Source: Acidobacteriota bacterium
GTDB taxonomy: Bacteria; Acidobacteriota; Polarisedimenticolia; Polarisedimenticolales; JBBIHH01
Length of the DNA stretch: 64,000 bases
NCBI GenBank assembly: GCA_037447115.1
Contig: JBBIHH010000002.1
Location: forward strand, 35,817 to 99,816
Reading direction: 5' to 3'
Every line of letters begins with the position of its first letter. Positions within the stretch are counted from its first letter, which is position 1. Shown here piece by piece: positions 1-13,368 of the stretch. The notes under the pieces are model-generated. The model had not been told where the DNA came from and made no database searches. It worked only from the letters and a program-made list of their open reading frames with translations. The position numbers and the translations under genes are program-made.

Positions 1-694
1 CCAGCTTTTCCAGGGCCCTGGCGAGCCCGTAGGGGTTGCCGGCGATGCGCGCCCCGGTCGCGTCCGCCGCGTACTCGCGCGAGCGCGAGATGGCGAGCTG
101 GATGACGAGCGCGGCGATGGGAGCCACGATGGCCATCGCCAGCACCGCCAGAGGGCTGCCGTTGCGGTTGTCCCGCCCGCCGTAACCGAAGATCGCCGCC
201 CAGCGGGCCATGCTCGCCAGCATCGTGACCGCGCCGGCGATCGTGGCCGCGATGGAGCTGATGAGGATGTCGCGGTTCTTGATGTGCGCCAGCTCGTGGG
301 CGATGACACCCTCGAGCTCCTCGTCGTCCATCGTCTCCAGCAGCCCCGCCGTGACCGCCACCGCGGCGTGGCGCGGGTTGCGCCCCGTGGCGAAGGCGTT
401 GGGCGCCGCCTGCGGCAGCACGTAGAGCCGCGGCTTGGGCAGGCCGGCCCGGGCCACGAGCCCATCCACGATCCCGTGCAACCTCGGCGCCTGGGCCGGG
501 CTTACGGGCTGAGCGCGGTGCATGGCGAGAACGATCTTGTCCGAGAACCAGTAGGCCCCGAAGTTCATCAGCGCCGCAAGACCCAGAGCGAATACCATCC
601 CTCCCTGACCGCCGAACAGGTTGCCGAACGCGACGATCAGCCCCGTCAGCAAAGCCAGGAGAATCCCCGTGCGAAAATAGTTTTTCGTGCTCAT
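1..694 (-). CDS. htpX: Zn-metalloprotease HtpX (M48 family); 3' end lies outside the window
   Basis: Not in the ORF track because it is open at the window edge. Reverse-strand reading from the ATG (complement of 692-694) gives [32 protein letters not shown]..., with hydrophobic N-terminal helices. The HExxH zinc motif [13 protein letters not shown] lies at complement ~285-320. Confidence 0.85.
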   Translation of the reverse strand, partial: MSTKNYFRTGILLALLTGLIVAFGNLFGGQGGMVFALGLAALMNFGAYWFSDKIVLAMHRAQPVSPAQAPRLHGIVDGLVARAGLPKPRLYVLPQAAPNAFATGRNPRHAAVAVTAGLLETMDDEELEGVIAHELAHIKNRDILISSIAATIAGAVTMLASMARWAAIFGYGGRDNRNGSPLAVLAMAIVAPIAALVIQLAISRSREYAADATGARIAGNPYGLARALEKL

Positions 695-809
695 AAGCCT
701 CCCGTCGCTGCCGTGCTCACGGCTCCCCGGCGGGATCCTCTACCGGGGTCCCGCCGCTTCGTTCGGTCATGACATTCATGATGGCCTAGCGCGCGCTCGA
801 GCGCCAGGC

Positions 810-1259
810 TCACTCGACGGGGACCTTCGTGCGTCCCGCCGCCTCCGGCGCGCGCTTCGGCAGCACCACCTCGAGCACGCCGTCCCGGTGGCTCGCCCTC
901 GCCCCCTGGGTGTCCACCGAAGGGGGCAGCGAAATCTGCAAGGCGAACCTGCCCCGAGACCGCTCCCGGCGCAGGTAGGCCTCCTCGGGAATCGCCGGGT
1001 CGGCCTGGCGCTCGCCGCGCAGCACGAGCGTACCCTCCTCGATATGCAGTTCCAGCTCCCGCGCCGGGACTCCGGGAACATCCGCCCGCACCAGGTAGCG
1101 ATCCGGCAGTTCGATCACGTCGAGCGGGGGCTTCCACCCGGTGCGGGTCAGCGTTTCGATGCCGCCCCCGTGGCGCTGGAGCACTTCGTCGAACAGGCGA
1201 TCGATCTCCTCCCGCATCCGCATCAGTTCCCGCAGCGGCTCCCAGCGCTCCAGTGCCAC
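810..1259 (-). CDS. small heat-shock protein, Hsp20/alpha-crystallin family
   Basis: 149-aa track ORF with a GTG start. It has an alpha-crystallin core (PPLDVIELPDRYLVRADVPGV..., GVLEVVLPK). A GGAGG-like Shine-Dalgarno (SD) sequence lies upstream. Confidence 0.9.
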   Translation of the reverse strand: MALERWEPLRELMRMREEIDRLFDEVLQRHGGGIETLTRTGWKPPLDVIELPDRYLVRADVPGVPARELELHIEEGTLVLRGERQADPAIPEEAYLRRERSRGRFALQISLPPSVDTQGARASHRDGVLEVVLPKRAPEAAGRTKVPVE

Positions 1260-1319
1260 GGCTAGCCTCGCTCCTCCGTCGCCGGGAAAGGTACGCCGTC
1301 CCGCGCCTCTGTGCCCGCC

Positions 1320-3926
<2,607 letters not shown>

Positions 3927-3971
3927 GAGCACTCCTGCCCGGCTCGGGCGTCGCCGCCGCGCCGCGTTCAG

Positions 3972-4001
3972 TTCTTGGGACCGCGCGCAGGCCTTGTCAA
4001 G
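3972..4001 (-). promoter_or_regulatory. possible sigma-32-like heat-shock promoter upstream of clpB
   Basis: The minus strand reads CTTGACA-N15-CCCAAGAA, compared with the RpoH consensus CTTGAAA-N13-15-CCCCATnT. It lies ~45 nt upstream of the clpB ATG and overlaps the pmbA stop codon. The match is weak. Confidence 0.25.
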
Positions 4002-5304
4002 GTAGGGGCTCGAAACGGCACGGCACGAGGAGACCGGGCGTCGTCTCCCCGGGAAAGGCCACGGCCCGCAACTCCCGCGCGCGCAACAGATCGAAAACGT
4101 TGCCCGCCAGGGTGCCCCGGACCCGCCCCGCCCCCTCCGCTCCGGGTGGAGCGAGACACTGCGGCGCGGAGAGGGAGAAGTCGCCGCTCGCGGGGTCCAG
4201 CGTGTGCACGCCGAGCACGGCCAGCACGACCACCGCCGCCTGCCCGCGAGCCTCTTCCAGGGGGACGGTTTCGCCCACCTCGAGGCGCAGCGTGTCGAAC
4301 TCGGCCGGAAGGGGGGTGGGGGCGAGCCCCAGGCGCCGCGCATACTTGAGATCGAGGATGGGGGTGCACAGGCGTCCGCCCTCGATGAAGCGCACCCGTG
4401 TCGCGGGGAGCCCTTCGGCGGTGAAGCGGTAGGAGCCGGCGCGCAGCGGCTGGAGAGGATCGAGCTCGAGCGTGATGTCCTCGCGCAGGACGCGCGCGCG
4501 CTTCGCGAATTGTTCGCGCGCGAACGCGGCTTCGCCGTGCGCCACGGCGGCGCCGTCGAGGTTGGCGAGCAGCGTGCCGAGCACGAGCTCCTCCACGACG
4601 TGCGGGTGGAGCAGCACCGGGAGCCGGCCTCCTTCCGGCACTTCCCCGGGCCGCTTCAACTGCGCCGCCGTCCGCGCCAGCCGCTCCAGGCGCTCCCACA
4701 GCAGCGGCAGCGGCTCGAGGGCCCGGGCCTGATAGCCGTCGCCCCATTCCCCGTCGAAGCTCGCGGACCAGGCATAGTGCGTGCCCTGCGCCGTCACGTC
4801 GAGCCCGCGCGAGGTCCGAATGCGCGTGCGCTCGTGCGTCGCGCGCAGGGCCCCGCTCCAGAGGCGAAACCCCTGCGCGCGCTGGAGCTCCTGCGCCTTT
4901 TCCAGCCATTCGCCCGCCCGGTGGAGGTGCTCGCCGCGGGCGAGCGCTGCGGTGGCGGGGTCTTCCAGCTCGACTCGGGGGAACTCGCTGGGCCCGAGCA
5001 CCTGAGCGGCGTCCGGGTCGTCGTAGGAGGCGGTGCGCGCTTCGGCGACGCTTCGCTCAAGACCCTGCGCGAGCTGGCCGCGCTCGAAGACACCGCGGCT
5101 GACGCGCCCGTCGTCCCACACGAGCAGGTAGCGCGCCGAGGCGGTCTCGGCGATCTCGGGGGGCGCGTAGGCGCCGCCCACCATCCCGTCGCGCACGCCG
5201 AGGGCGAAGCGCGTCTGCTCCGCCACGCACAGGGACCAGGCGGCGACCGCCGCACCTGCGGGTCGCGCCCGCGCCAGGGTCCCCTCGAGCCGCTCCAGAT
5301 CCAT
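3997..5304 (-). CDS. pmbA: PmbA/TldE metalloprotease-modulator family protein
   Basis: Track ORF 3997..6171 trimmed to the ATG at 5304 ([13 protein letters not shown]...). It shows PmbA_TldD-family similarity along its length. Its ATG overlaps the tldD stop (ATGA). Confidence 0.85.
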   Translation of the reverse strand: MDLERLEGTLARARPAGAAVAAWSLCVAEQTRFALGVRDGMVGGAYAPPEIAETASARYLLVWDDGRVSRGVFERGQLAQGLERSVAEARTASYDDPDAAQVLGPSEFPRVELEDPATAALARGEHLHRAGEWLEKAQELQRAQGFRLWSGALRATHERTRIRTSRGLDVTAQGTHYAWSASFDGEWGDGYQARALEPLPLLWERLERLARTAAQLKRPGEVPEGGRLPVLLHPHVVEELVLGTLLANLDGAAVAHGEAAFAREQFAKRARVLREDITLELDPLQPLRAGSYRFTAEGLPATRVRFIEGGRLCTPILDLKYARRLGLAPTPLPAEFDTLRLEVGETVPLEEARGQAAVVVLAVLGVHTLDPASGDFSLSAPQCLAPPGAEGAGRVRGTLAGNVFDLLRARELRAVAFPGETTPGLLVPCRFEPLP

Positions 5305-6797
5305 CAGTTGCCGCCCAGGCGAAAGGAGGGATGGGGGTCGAGAACGAGGAAGTAGTGGCTTCCGCCGCTCGAAGGCACCCGCTGGCCCCATTTCCCGCAC
5401 GTGCCGATGGCGTCCAGGCACAGCGGCCCGAAGGCTTCGCGGATCGCCTCCAGGGCGCCGAACATCGAGCCCGCGAAGATCGCGGGTTTGAACAGACGCA
5501 CTCCCCGCTGCGAGAGTTCGTAGATCGCCTTGCACTGAAAGACGAAGTCGCCGCGCGTCGTGTTGACCTGCCCGCCGCTGTAGCCCGAGAGGAATGCGAG
5601 CCGCGGGTGGCGGCGCAGGATGCCCTCCGCGGCGAGCCGTTCGCGCAGGGCCTCGGCGTCGTAGTCCTCGAAGTCGCCCGGAGCGGGCAGAGGTGTCGCG
5701 ACCTCGATGCGAATGTTCGACATGCGCGGCAGCGGCGGGCAGCGGTAGGACTCGGCACGCTCCGCACCCGTGTTCTCCACGCCCGCCGCGGCTGCCGACC
5801 AGGCATCGGCCAGCGCCTGCCGCAGCCGGCCCCGTTCCACGATCACCGTCCGCCGCCGCCGCACGCCGTTGGGACTGAAGGGTTGCCAGGCGTGATCGCC
5901 CTCGAGGGGCTCGTCCACGATCGAGACGTGTTCCGCTCCCACGCGATCGCCGACGCGGAAACGGCCCTCGCGGGCCAGCACCGAGGAGCGCAGGCCGTCG
6001 GCTTCCGCCGCGTGGCCGAAGGCCTCGTGCGCCAGACCCTTGGCCAGCGCGTAGTCGATGACGGTGGGAAACACACCCGCAGGGTGGTGCGGCGCGTCGG
6101 GAAGCGCTTGGGCCAGCGCGACCGCGTGGCGCGCGCGGCGGAAAAAAAGGTCGAGCGCCTGGTCCTGCCACAGAAGTCCAGGATCGGGACTGGCCACGGC
6201 CGCCCCCACGCTGTGCTTGCCGCCGTCGCGGCCCGCCGTGGCCACCAGGCGCAGCGAGCAGCGCGGGATGGAGAAGCGCACGTCGCTGCCGTCGCTGCGC
6301 TGGATGCGCCAGCTATCCAGCTCCGCCCCGAAGGCAAGACGCAGGCGCACCTTCGGGGCCCCGGCGGTGCAGATCCGCTCCAACTCCAACAACCGCAGCC
6401 GCACGGCCTCGAGGTCGAGCCCGGCGAAGCGCGCGGCGGTGTCCGGCACGAGCCGCGCCTGCTCGGGCGCGAGCGTGGTCGGGGGCAGGGGCGAGCCGCG
6501 CAGCCGCGCTTCCGGGAGCACGTTCTCGATCAGCCGATCGAGCAGCCGTTCGGCGGCCTCGGGTTCGAAATCGTCCCGACTGGCGAAGGCGGTGCGACCG
6601 CTTCCCTCCGCGATCCACAGGGCGTGGCCCGAAAACCGCGACGCGGCGACGCGCTCGATGCGGCCGCCGCGCACGAGCGCGGACCAGCTCCCGCAGCTCT
6701 GCGCGCGCCAGATCAGGTGCACGCCCCGTCCCGCCGCGCGATCGAGCAGCCTGCGGGCCAGGTGGTCCACCTCGGCGCGCTCGAGTTCCTCGATCAT
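5304..6797 (-). CDS. tldD: TldD metalloprotease
   Basis: Track ORF 5304..7835 trimmed to the ATG at 6797 (MIEELERAEVDHLARRLL...). It has the HExxxH-type motif GLAHEAFGHAAEAD, and its C-terminus (GTCGKWGQRVPSSGG) is typical of TldD. It overlaps both neighbours by 4 nt. Confidence 0.9.
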   Translation of the reverse strand: MIEELERAEVDHLARRLLDRAAGRGVHLIWRAQSCGSWSALVRGGRIERVAASRFSGHALWIAEGSGRTAFASRDDFEPEAAERLLDRLIENVLPEARLRGSPLPPTTLAPEQARLVPDTAARFAGLDLEAVRLRLLELERICTAGAPKVRLRLAFGAELDSWRIQRSDGSDVRFSIPRCSLRLVATAGRDGGKHSVGAAVASPDPGLLWQDQALDLFFRRARHAVALAQALPDAPHHPAGVFPTVIDYALAKGLAHEAFGHAAEADGLRSSVLAREGRFRVGDRVGAEHVSIVDEPLEGDHAWQPFSPNGVRRRRTVIVERGRLRQALADAWSAAAAGVENTGAERAESYRCPPLPRMSNIRIEVATPLPAPGDFEDYDAEALRERLAAEGILRRHPRLAFLSGYSGGQVNTTRGDFVFQCKAIYELSQRGVRLFKPAIFAGSMFGALEAIREAFGPLCLDAIGTCGKWGQRVPSSGGSHYFLVLDPHPSFRLGGN

Positions 6798-7795
6798 CCG
6801 TCCGCGTCTTCCGCGCGGCGCACTTCGCCTCGCGGCAGGACCACGCGCAGGCGCCGCCACGGGCGCCGGAGCGGCGTTTCGAGCCGGGTCAGCGCCTCCG
6901 GCGCGACCCGCTGGCCCGGGCGGACCCAGAACGCCGCCGCCGGGTCCTCGAGCCGCGCGGGGCGGTCCTCGAGGTGGGAGGCGATCAGCTCCAGGCACGT
7001 CTCCGTGTGCGTGTGGAACGGGTGGTGGCCCGAGCCGCGCACCACGGCGACCTCCGGATAGGGCGGCTGGGCCGGTAGCTCCAGTACGTGGCTCACGGGG
7101 GCCACCTGATCCTGATCGCCGTGGATCGCGCGGATGGGAATGCGCGGCAGGAGGGGCAGCACGCGGTCGAGCGCGTAGTGCAGCAGGCAGTGCTCCAGGG
7201 TGGAAGTCAAGGAGCGGAAGGTGAAGCGGCGGCAGTCGGCCACGACGGCGAGGGGCAGCCGGCGCAGGTAGCGTGCCGTCAGGCGGAACCCCGTGCGCCG
7301 CATCTGCTCCCAGTTGCGGGAGAGCGAATTGGCCATCAGCAGGTTGCGGTAGGAGGCGGAGCCGCGGAACCACAACTGGTGGGCCTGATCGGAGCTGCGG
7401 TGGCGCGGCAGGCTGATGAGGGTCAGCCGCTCGACCTGCCGCGGATAGCGCGCGGCGATCTCGAGCGCCAGGATCGCGCCCAGGGAGTGCCCCACGATGC
7501 GCAACGGCTCGCCCGACCGAGCCTCCTGCTCGAGCAGGCCCATCAGCGTTTCGACGAAGAATTCGGGCGTGTAGTCCGTGAAGGGTTTGGGGGACAGCCC
7601 GAAGCCGGGGAGGTCGGGGACGATCAAGCGGTGCCGGCGGGCGAGGGGCAAAACGCGCGGGATCCAGTACCGGCGCGAACCCGTGATGCCGTGCAGGACG
7701 AGCACGGGCGGGGCGCCCGCGGGTCCGACGACGGAACGGTGCAGCCGCAGCGAGCGCGGCGTCAGGCGCGTGGGGGAGTGGGGTTCGCGCTGCAT
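6794..7795 (-). CDS. alpha/beta-fold hydrolase
   Basis: 333-aa track ORF. It has the oxyanion region VLVLHGITGS, the nucleophile elbow GHSLG and a late His (GSGHHPF). Its stop overlaps the tldD start (ATGA). Confidence 0.8.
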   Translation of the reverse strand: MQREPHSPTRLTPRSLRLHRSVVGPAGAPPVLVLHGITGSRRYWIPRVLPLARRHRLIVPDLPGFGLSPKPFTDYTPEFFVETLMGLLEQEARSGEPLRIVGHSLGAILALEIAARYPRQVERLTLISLPRHRSSDQAHQLWFRGSASYRNLLMANSLSRNWEQMRRTGFRLTARYLRRLPLAVVADCRRFTFRSLTSTLEHCLLHYALDRVLPLLPRIPIRAIHGDQDQVAPVSHVLELPAQPPYPEVAVVRGSGHHPFHTHTETCLELIASHLEDRPARLEDPAAAFWVRPGQRVAPEALTRLETPLRRPWRRLRVVLPRGEVRRAEDADG

Positions 7796-7869
7796 CGGAG
7801 CGAAAGACCCTAGAGCGGAGGCCGCCGCTTGTCAATCCGCCCCGCGCGCGAAAGCTCGCGCCCCGGCGT

Positions 7870-8193
7870 TCAGCTCACTTCGACCTCGAGCTTGCGGCGC
7901 ACGCTCTCCACCATCTCCTCCATGGTCTGCGCGCGATCCGTGCGCGTGCTGAGCTTGATCCAGGTGGACACCCGTGGCGCCCCGAGGGCGTGCACGCGCG
8001 CGATGGCCCGCTCGATGGCACGGCGTACGCGGCCCCAGGGTCCCTCGAGGTTCGTGCCGTGGGCGTGGAGCTGCACCTTCAGCCCCTCCTCGTAGAAGAC
8101 GCGCTCGCATTCCGCGATGTAGCTCGAGAGCGACACCCCGACCCCGATCGGGGTAACGCTCACCATGGCGTGGACCGAAACGTTCTCGTCCAT
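7870..8193 (-). CDS. MTH1187/YkoF-family (UPF0045) small protein
   Basis: Track ORF 7870..8415 trimmed to the ATG at 8193 (MDENVSVHAMVSVTPIGVGVSLSSYIAECERVF...HGTNLEG...). This is the typical ~100-aa thiamine-binding-like fold family. Confidence 0.7.
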   Translation of the reverse strand: MDENVSVHAMVSVTPIGVGVSLSSYIAECERVFYEEGLKVQLHAHGTNLEGPWGRVRRAIERAIARVHALGAPRVSTWIKLSTRTDRAQTMEEMVESVRRKLEVEVS

Positions 8194-8332
8194 AGCGCTC
8201 TCCTCTCGCCTTGCCCGGCCGCGCCTTCCACGGGCTCGCGTAGCGCGGGGTCCGGGCTCGGGCGCGGCGATTGTACTGCGTTGCCGCCCGATGCGGCGGA
8301 GGTGTAGCATCCGCCGGCGAGAGCGGGCGGCG

Positions 8333-9721
8333 ATGGCGGAAACGATGCGGCGGCGCCTCGAACGGTGGGAGGAGATGCGTCTGGCGCCGTACGCGTTGCG
8401 CGCGTCGCGGGCCACCCGGCGCTACCCGCTGGAAGACGCCGGGCGCGCCTTCGACTATCGCACGCAGTTCCAGCGCGACCGGGACCGCATCGTTTACAGC
8501 CGCGCCTTCCGCCGGCTGCGGCACAAGGCCCAGACGGGAATCCTGGCGGCCTACGAGGATCACCGCCGCAACCGCCTCACGCACACCTTGGAAGTGGCCC
8601 AGCTCGCCCGCACGATCGGGCGCGCGCTGGCGCTCAACGAGGACCTGATCGAGGCCGTGGCCCTGGGCCACGACCTGGGGCAGCCTCCCTTCGGCCCGGC
8701 GGGCGAGCGGGCTCTCGACGACCTGCTCGCGGGACGGCTCGACGGGCGGGGCGGACCGGGGCTTGGGGATCTCCACGGGTTTTTCCGCGCCTGGCAGAGC
8801 TTGCGCGTCGTGGATCTGCTGGAGAAGCGCTACGAGCACCCGGGGTTGAACCTGACGGACCAGGTACGCGAAGGCCTCTTCAAGGTCACTGCGGGGGAGC
8901 GGCTGCCGCCCGAGCCCCCGCCGGGATTCGATGCCGCGAGCCCTCCCGTGTTCGAGGTGCAGGTGGTGCGCTTGGCGGATCGGATCGCCACGGCGCTCCA
9001 CGACCTCGACGACGCGCTCCAGGCAGGGGTGGTGGACGTGGCGCAGGTGGAACGCCTGGAAGCAGTCCGCGAGCTCCAGCGAAAGCTCGGTTGGCGTTAC
9101 CGGCAGCGCGCGAGCCGCTTCATGAAGGCCAACGCCATCCACCGTGGTCTCACCCACCTGCTCGTGACCGGGGCCATCGTCGCCAGTGCCGCCGCTCTCC
9201 GGCGGTGGGCGCGGGCCCATGGCGTGCGCCAGCCCTCCGACTTCGAGCGGGCCCGGGAGAGGATCGGCGGCGACGAAGTGGGCTTGCCCGCGAGAGGGCG
9301 GCAGCTGCTGGAGGATCTGGAAGGGTTTCTCGCGTCCCGGGTCTATCGCGGCTACCAGGCGGATCAGGTCGATGCGCGGGGGCGGCGCGTGCTGCTGGGT
9401 CTGTTCGCGGCGTATCACGCCGATCCGACCCTTCTCGAGGACCACGTGCTGATTCGCTTCCGCGAGCGCACCGGCGTACGATACCTGCGCGATCTGCCGC
9501 GAGGGGCGGTGGAGAGCGAGGTGGCGCGCCGCTACCGGTCCAACCCCGTGTTCGTGCGCCTTCTCGCGGACCATCTGGCGGGGATGACCGACCCGTACGC
9601 CCTGCGCGAGCACGAGCGGCTCTGGCGCATGGGGGCCGTGCCGATCCCCGGGAGCGAGGGGTTGGCGCGGGAGGGGGAGGGGCGCGGTCGCGCGGAGGCC
9701 GCCGACGGAGTGGAGCCATGA
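8333..9721 (+). CDS. dGTP triphosphohydrolase-like HD-domain protein
   Basis: Track ORF 8165..9721 trimmed to the ATG at 8333 ([12 protein letters not shown]...). It carries [32 protein letters not shown] and the HD pair [10 protein letters not shown]. Its stop overlaps the glyA ATG. Confidence 0.85.
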   Translation: MAETMRRRLERWEEMRLAPYALRASRATRRYPLEDAGRAFDYRTQFQRDRDRIVYSRAFRRLRHKAQTGILAAYEDHRRNRLTHTLEVAQLARTIGRALALNEDLIEAVALGHDLGQPPFGPAGERALDDLLAGRLDGRGGPGLGDLHGFFRAWQSLRVVDLLEKRYEHPGLNLTDQVREGLFKVTAGERLPPEPPPGFDAASPPVFEVQVVRLADRIATALHDLDDALQAGVVDVAQVERLEAVRELQRKLGWRYRQRASRFMKANAIHRGLTHLLVTGAIVASAAALRRWARAHGVRQPSDFERARERIGGDEVGLPARGRQLLEDLEGFLASRVYRGYQADQVDARGRRVLLGLFAAYHADPTLLEDHVLIRFRERTGVRYLRDLPRGAVESEVARRYRSNPVFVRLLADHLAGMTDPYALREHERLWRMGAVPIPGSEGLAREGEGRGRAEAADGVEP

Positions 9722-10980
9722 GTGTTTCCCTGCGCGAGGTGGACCCGGAGGTCGCCGAGGCGATCGGTCGCGAGGTGCAGCGCCAAGCGACGGGCCTGGA
9801 GCTGATCGCCTCGGAGAATTTCGTCAGCGAGGCCGTGCTCGAGGCGATGGGCTCCGTGATGACGAACAAGTACGCCGAGGGTTACCCCGGCCGGCGCTAC
9901 TACGGGGGCTGCGAGTACATGGACGTCGTGGAGCGCCTGGCCATCGAGCGGGCCAAGGAGCTGTTCGGGGCCGAGCACGCGAACGTGCAGCCCCACTCCG
10001 GCAGCCAGGCCAACCAGGCGGTCTACTTCACGGTGCTCGAGCCGGGCGACACCGTGCTCGGGATGGACCTGGCCCACGGCGGGCACCTGACCCACGGCCA
10101 CCCGCTCAACCTCTCGGGCAAGCTCTACCGCTTCGTCGGCTACGGCGTGCGCCGCGACGACGAGACGCTCGATTACGAGGCGCTGGAGCGGCTGGCTCGG
10201 GAGCACCGGCCGAAGCTGATCGTCTGCGGGGCCTCGGCCTATCCGCGGATCATCGACTTCCAGCGCATCGCCGGCATCGCCCGCGAAGTCGGGGCCAAAG
10301 TGATGGCGGACATCGCGCACATCGCGGGGATGGTCGTCACGGGCGATCACCCCAGCCCCGTGCCCCACTGCGAGTTCGTCACCAGCACGACGCACAAGAC
10401 CCTGCGCGGGCCGCGGGGGGGGCTCGTCCTGTGCAAGAAGGCCTACGCCAAGGATCTCAACCGGACCGTCTTCCCCGGCCTCCAGGGAGGGCCCTTCATG
10501 CACATCATCGCTGCCAAGGCCGTGGCCTTCCGCGAAGCGCAGCAGCCGCGCTACCGCGACTACATCCGCCAGTTGCTCGCCAACGCCAAGGCCCTCGCGC
10601 GCGGCATCGCCGAGCGCGGCTACCGGATCGTCTCCGGGGGCACCGATACGCATCTGTTCCTCGTGGATGTCTTCTCCCGCGGCATCACGGGCAAGGAGGC
10701 GGAGGAGGCCCTGGAGCGAGCGGGAATCACGGTCAACAAGAACGCCATCCCCTTCGACACGAATCCGCCCATGGTCGCGAGCGGCCTGCGCATCGGCACC
10801 CCTGCGGTCACGACCCGGGGTATGCGCGAACCCGAAATGGAACAGATTGCGGAGCTCATCTGTCGCGCTCTCGACGCTCGGCGAGACCCGGAGGCGCTCG
10901 CGCGCATCCGCCGGGAGGTGGAGGCGCTCGCCGCCCGTTTCCCGCTCTACCCGGAGCGGCTCGCTCAGGCGCGCCGCTGA
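9718..10980 (+). CDS. glyA: serine hydroxymethyltransferase
   Basis: Internal ATG at 9718 within track ORF 8365..10980. The sequence reads [16 protein letters not shown]...ELIASENF...[15 protein letters not shown], which includes the PLP-lysine motif. Length is 420 aa. Confidence 0.97.
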   Translation: MSVSLREVDPEVAEAIGREVQRQATGLELIASENFVSEAVLEAMGSVMTNKYAEGYPGRRYYGGCEYMDVVERLAIERAKELFGAEHANVQPHSGSQANQAVYFTVLEPGDTVLGMDLAHGGHLTHGHPLNLSGKLYRFVGYGVRRDDETLDYEALERLAREHRPKLIVCGASAYPRIIDFQRIAGIAREVGAKVMADIAHIAGMVVTGDHPSPVPHCEFVTSTTHKTLRGPRGGLVLCKKAYAKDLNRTVFPGLQGGPFMHIIAAKAVAFREAQQPRYRDYIRQLLANAKALARGIAERGYRIVSGGTDTHLFLVDVFSRGITGKEAEEALERAGITVNKNAIPFDTNPPMVASGLRIGTPAVTTRGMREPEMEQIAELICRALDARRDPEALARIRREVEALAARFPLYPERLAQARR

Positions 10981-10982
10981 CC

Positions 10983-12935
10983 ATGGTCGGTTGCGCCGCT
11001 CTCTTCGCCCCCGAGGGTCCGCTGGCGCGAGCCCATCCGGCCTACGAGTACCGGCCGGGGCAGCAGAAGATGGCGCAAGAGGTGGAACGAACGCTCGCGG
11101 AGGGCGGCGTCCTGTTCGTGGAGGCGGGAACGGGCACCGGCAAGACGCTGGCCTACCTCGTGCCCGCGCTCAGGAGCGGCCGCCGCGTCGTCGTCTCCAC
11201 CGGCACCCGCAACCTCCAGGATCAGATCTGGCGCCAGGACCTCCCCTTCCTGCGCGAGCGGATGGGCCTGCGGTTCACGGCGGCGATCATGAAGGGCCGC
11301 GACAATTATCTCTGCCGCCTGCGCTTCGCTCGGTTTCGCGAGCAACCCTGGCTGGAGAGCGCCGAGGAGGCGCGCTGGATCCCGATCCTCGAGCGCTGGG
11401 CCGAGCGCACGCGCAGGGGTGACCGGGCGGAAATCGGGGAGCTCCCCGACCAGCTCCGCCTGTGGCGCGAGATCAACGCGCGGGCCGATACCTGTCTCGG
11501 GCCGCGCTGTCCGGAGTACGGAGACTGCTGGCTGACCCACATGAAGCGCGCCGCGGAACACGCGCAGCTCGTCGTGGTCAACCACCACCTGTTCTTCGCC
11601 GATCTGGCGGTGCGCACCGCCTACGGGGCCGTGATCCCCCCCGCCGACACCGTGATCTTCGACGAAGCGCATCTGTTGGAGGAAGTGGCGACGCTCTACT
11701 TCGGCTTGCAGGTATCGTCGTTGGAGGTCGAGGATCTCGCGCGCGAGGCGGAACGGCTCGCCGCCGCGCGGGGCGGGTCGGCGAAGGGCGGCGGCGGGGC
11801 GCCGCGGCTGCGCGAAGCGGCGGAGGCGTTCTTCGCGCCGTTGCGGGAGACGATCCCCCAGGAAGAAAGCCGCGTGCGCTTCCTACCCCCCGAACGCGGG
11901 GGACCGCGTCTCGACGCCCCGTTCGCGAGCCTCGCCGAGGCGCTGAGCGAGGTCGCCGCCGCAGCGCGGCGCACGGCCAGGGAGGGGGATCCGGGCGAGG
12001 CACTCGAGGCCCGGGCGCACGAGCTGCGGGGCGCGCTCGAGCGGATCCTCGCCCGAGACGATCCGGCCTTCGTCTACACGCTGGAGCGACGCGGCCGCCA
12101 CGTGACCCTCGCTGCGTGCCCGGTGGATATTGCGGGATTGTTGCGCGAGCGTCTCTTCGACGAGCTTCACGCGGCAGTGCTCACCTCGGCGACGCTGGCG
12201 GTGGCGGGGCGGTTCGATTTCTTCGCCAGCCGCCTCGGTGCCGAGCAGGCGAGCACGCTGGTCGTCGAGTCCCCCTTCGCCTACCGGGAGCAGGCGGTGC
12301 TCTATCTTCCGCACCGCATGCCCGAGCCGCGTGAGGCAGGCTTCCTCGAGCGGGCCGTCGAGGAGATCGCGACCCTCCTCGAGATCACCGACGGCCGGGC
12401 GTTTCTCCTGTTCACCTCCTTCGCCCACCTGGAGCGGGTACGCGTCGCCCTCGAAGCCCTCGGCCGCTGGCCGCTGGTCGTCCAGGGCGAGGGGAGCAAG
12501 ATCGCCCTGGTGGAGACCTTCAAGCGCACGCCGCGAGCGGTGCTCCTGGGGACGAGCTCTTTCTGGCACGGCGTGGACGTGCCTGGAGAGGCGCTGTCGC
12601 TCGTGGTCATCGACAAGCTGCCCTTCGACGTGCCCACCGATCCGGTCATCGCGGCGCGCATCGAGGCCATCCGCGAGCGGGGCGGCAACCCGTTCCTGGA
12701 ATACCAGGTGCCGCTCGCCGTGCTCGAGCTCAAGCAGGGTCTCGGCCGGCTGCTGCGCCACCGCCAGGACCGGGGGATCCTGGCGGTGCTCGACCCGCGC
12801 CTGACGACGCGCGCCTACGGGAGGATTTTCTTGCGCTCGCTGCCGCCGTACCGGATCGCGAGGGACATCGAGGCGTGCCGGAGGTTCTTTTGCGATCAGC
12901 GGGCCGGTCCGATCAGCGAGGCGACGCGGCGTTGA
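10983..12935 (+). CDS. dinG: DinG/XPD-like ATP-dependent DNA helicase (4-Cys Fe-S type)
   Basis: Internal ATG at 10983 within track ORF 10431..12935. It has Walker A (EAGTGTGKT) and a DEAH-like box (FDEAH). Four Cys residues are spaced as in an Fe-S helicase (NYLC, DTCLGPRCPEYGDCW). The C-terminal helicase motifs are GTSSFWHGVD and QGLGRLLR. Confidence 0.85.
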   Translation: MVGCAALFAPEGPLARAHPAYEYRPGQQKMAQEVERTLAEGGVLFVEAGTGTGKTLAYLVPALRSGRRVVVSTGTRNLQDQIWRQDLPFLRERMGLRFTAAIMKGRDNYLCRLRFARFREQPWLESAEEARWIPILERWAERTRRGDRAEIGELPDQLRLWREINARADTCLGPRCPEYGDCWLTHMKRAAEHAQLVVVNHHLFFADLAVRTAYGAVIPPADTVIFDEAHLLEEVATLYFGLQVSSLEVEDLAREAERLAAARGGSAKGGGGAPRLREAAEAFFAPLRETIPQEESRVRFLPPERGGPRLDAPFASLAEALSEVAAAARRTAREGDPGEALEARAHELRGALERILARDDPAFVYTLERRGRHVTLAACPVDIAGLLRERLFDELHAAVLTSATLAVAGRFDFFASRLGAEQASTLVVESPFAYREQAVLYLPHRMPEPREAGFLERAVEEIATLLEITDGRAFLLFTSFAHLERVRVALEALGRWPLVVQGEGSKIALVETFKRTPRAVLLGTSSFWHGVDVPGEALSLVVIDKLPFDVPTDPVIAARIEAIRERGGNPFLEYQVPLAVLELKQGLGRLLRHRQDRGILAVLDPRLTTRAYGRIFLRSLPPYRIARDIEACRRFFCDQRAGPISEATRR

Positions 12936-13294
12936 AGCTCCGCGATCTCGAACGGCTTGTAGAGCAGATCGTCCGCCAGGGAGAACTCGATGAAGATGCG
13001 TTCCCGCTCCGGGTCGTCGTCCAGACGGCGGCCGGTGAGCAGCAGCACCTTGGGGGCGGCGCGTCCCTGCCGCGCGTTCGACTTGATGGCGCGCGAAAGG
13101 CGATAGCCGTTCTCGCCTGGCATGATGACGTCGAGGACGAGCAGATGGGGTGCGAAAACACCGAGCGTACGGACGGCGTGTTCGCCGTCGCGCGCCGAGC
13201 GCACGACGTAGCCCGCGACCTCAAGGCTGCGCGTCACGAGCTCCGCGACGTTCGGCTCGTCGTCCACCACGAGGATGCGTTTCGCTCGCTCCAC
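12896..13294 (-). CDS. single-domain response regulator (CheY-like receiver)
   Basis: 132-aa track ORF: RILVVDDEP...LLVLDVIMPGENG...YKPF. Its 3' end overlaps the dinG 3' end convergently by 40 nt. Confidence 0.85.
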   Translation of the reverse strand: MERAKRILVVDDEPNVAELVTRSLEVAGYVVRSARDGEHAVRTLGVFAPHLLVLDVIMPGENGYRLSRAIKSNARQGRAAPKVLLLTGRRLDDDPERERIFIEFSLADDLLYKPFEIAELQRRVASLIGPAR

Positions 13295-13368
13295 GGGTCC
13301 CTCGACGCCCGCCGGTGTTGGCCGCGCCCCGCGCGCAAAGACCCATCGATCAATGTAGGCCGCCGGAG

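Noticed and set aside
3927-3945. GAGCACTC immediately upstream of the clpB start as half of a CIRCE element.
   Set aside because: No complementary GAGTGC half-site occurs at the required 9-nt spacing, so this is a lone half-site only.
8194-8332. A possible TPP riboswitch upstream of the YkoF/MTH1187-like (thiamine-binding family) gene.
   Set aside because: The conserved CUGAGA and ACCUGAUCUGGAUAAUGCCAGC-type elements are absent on the relevant strand. Only a generic 7-bp GC hairpin is present.
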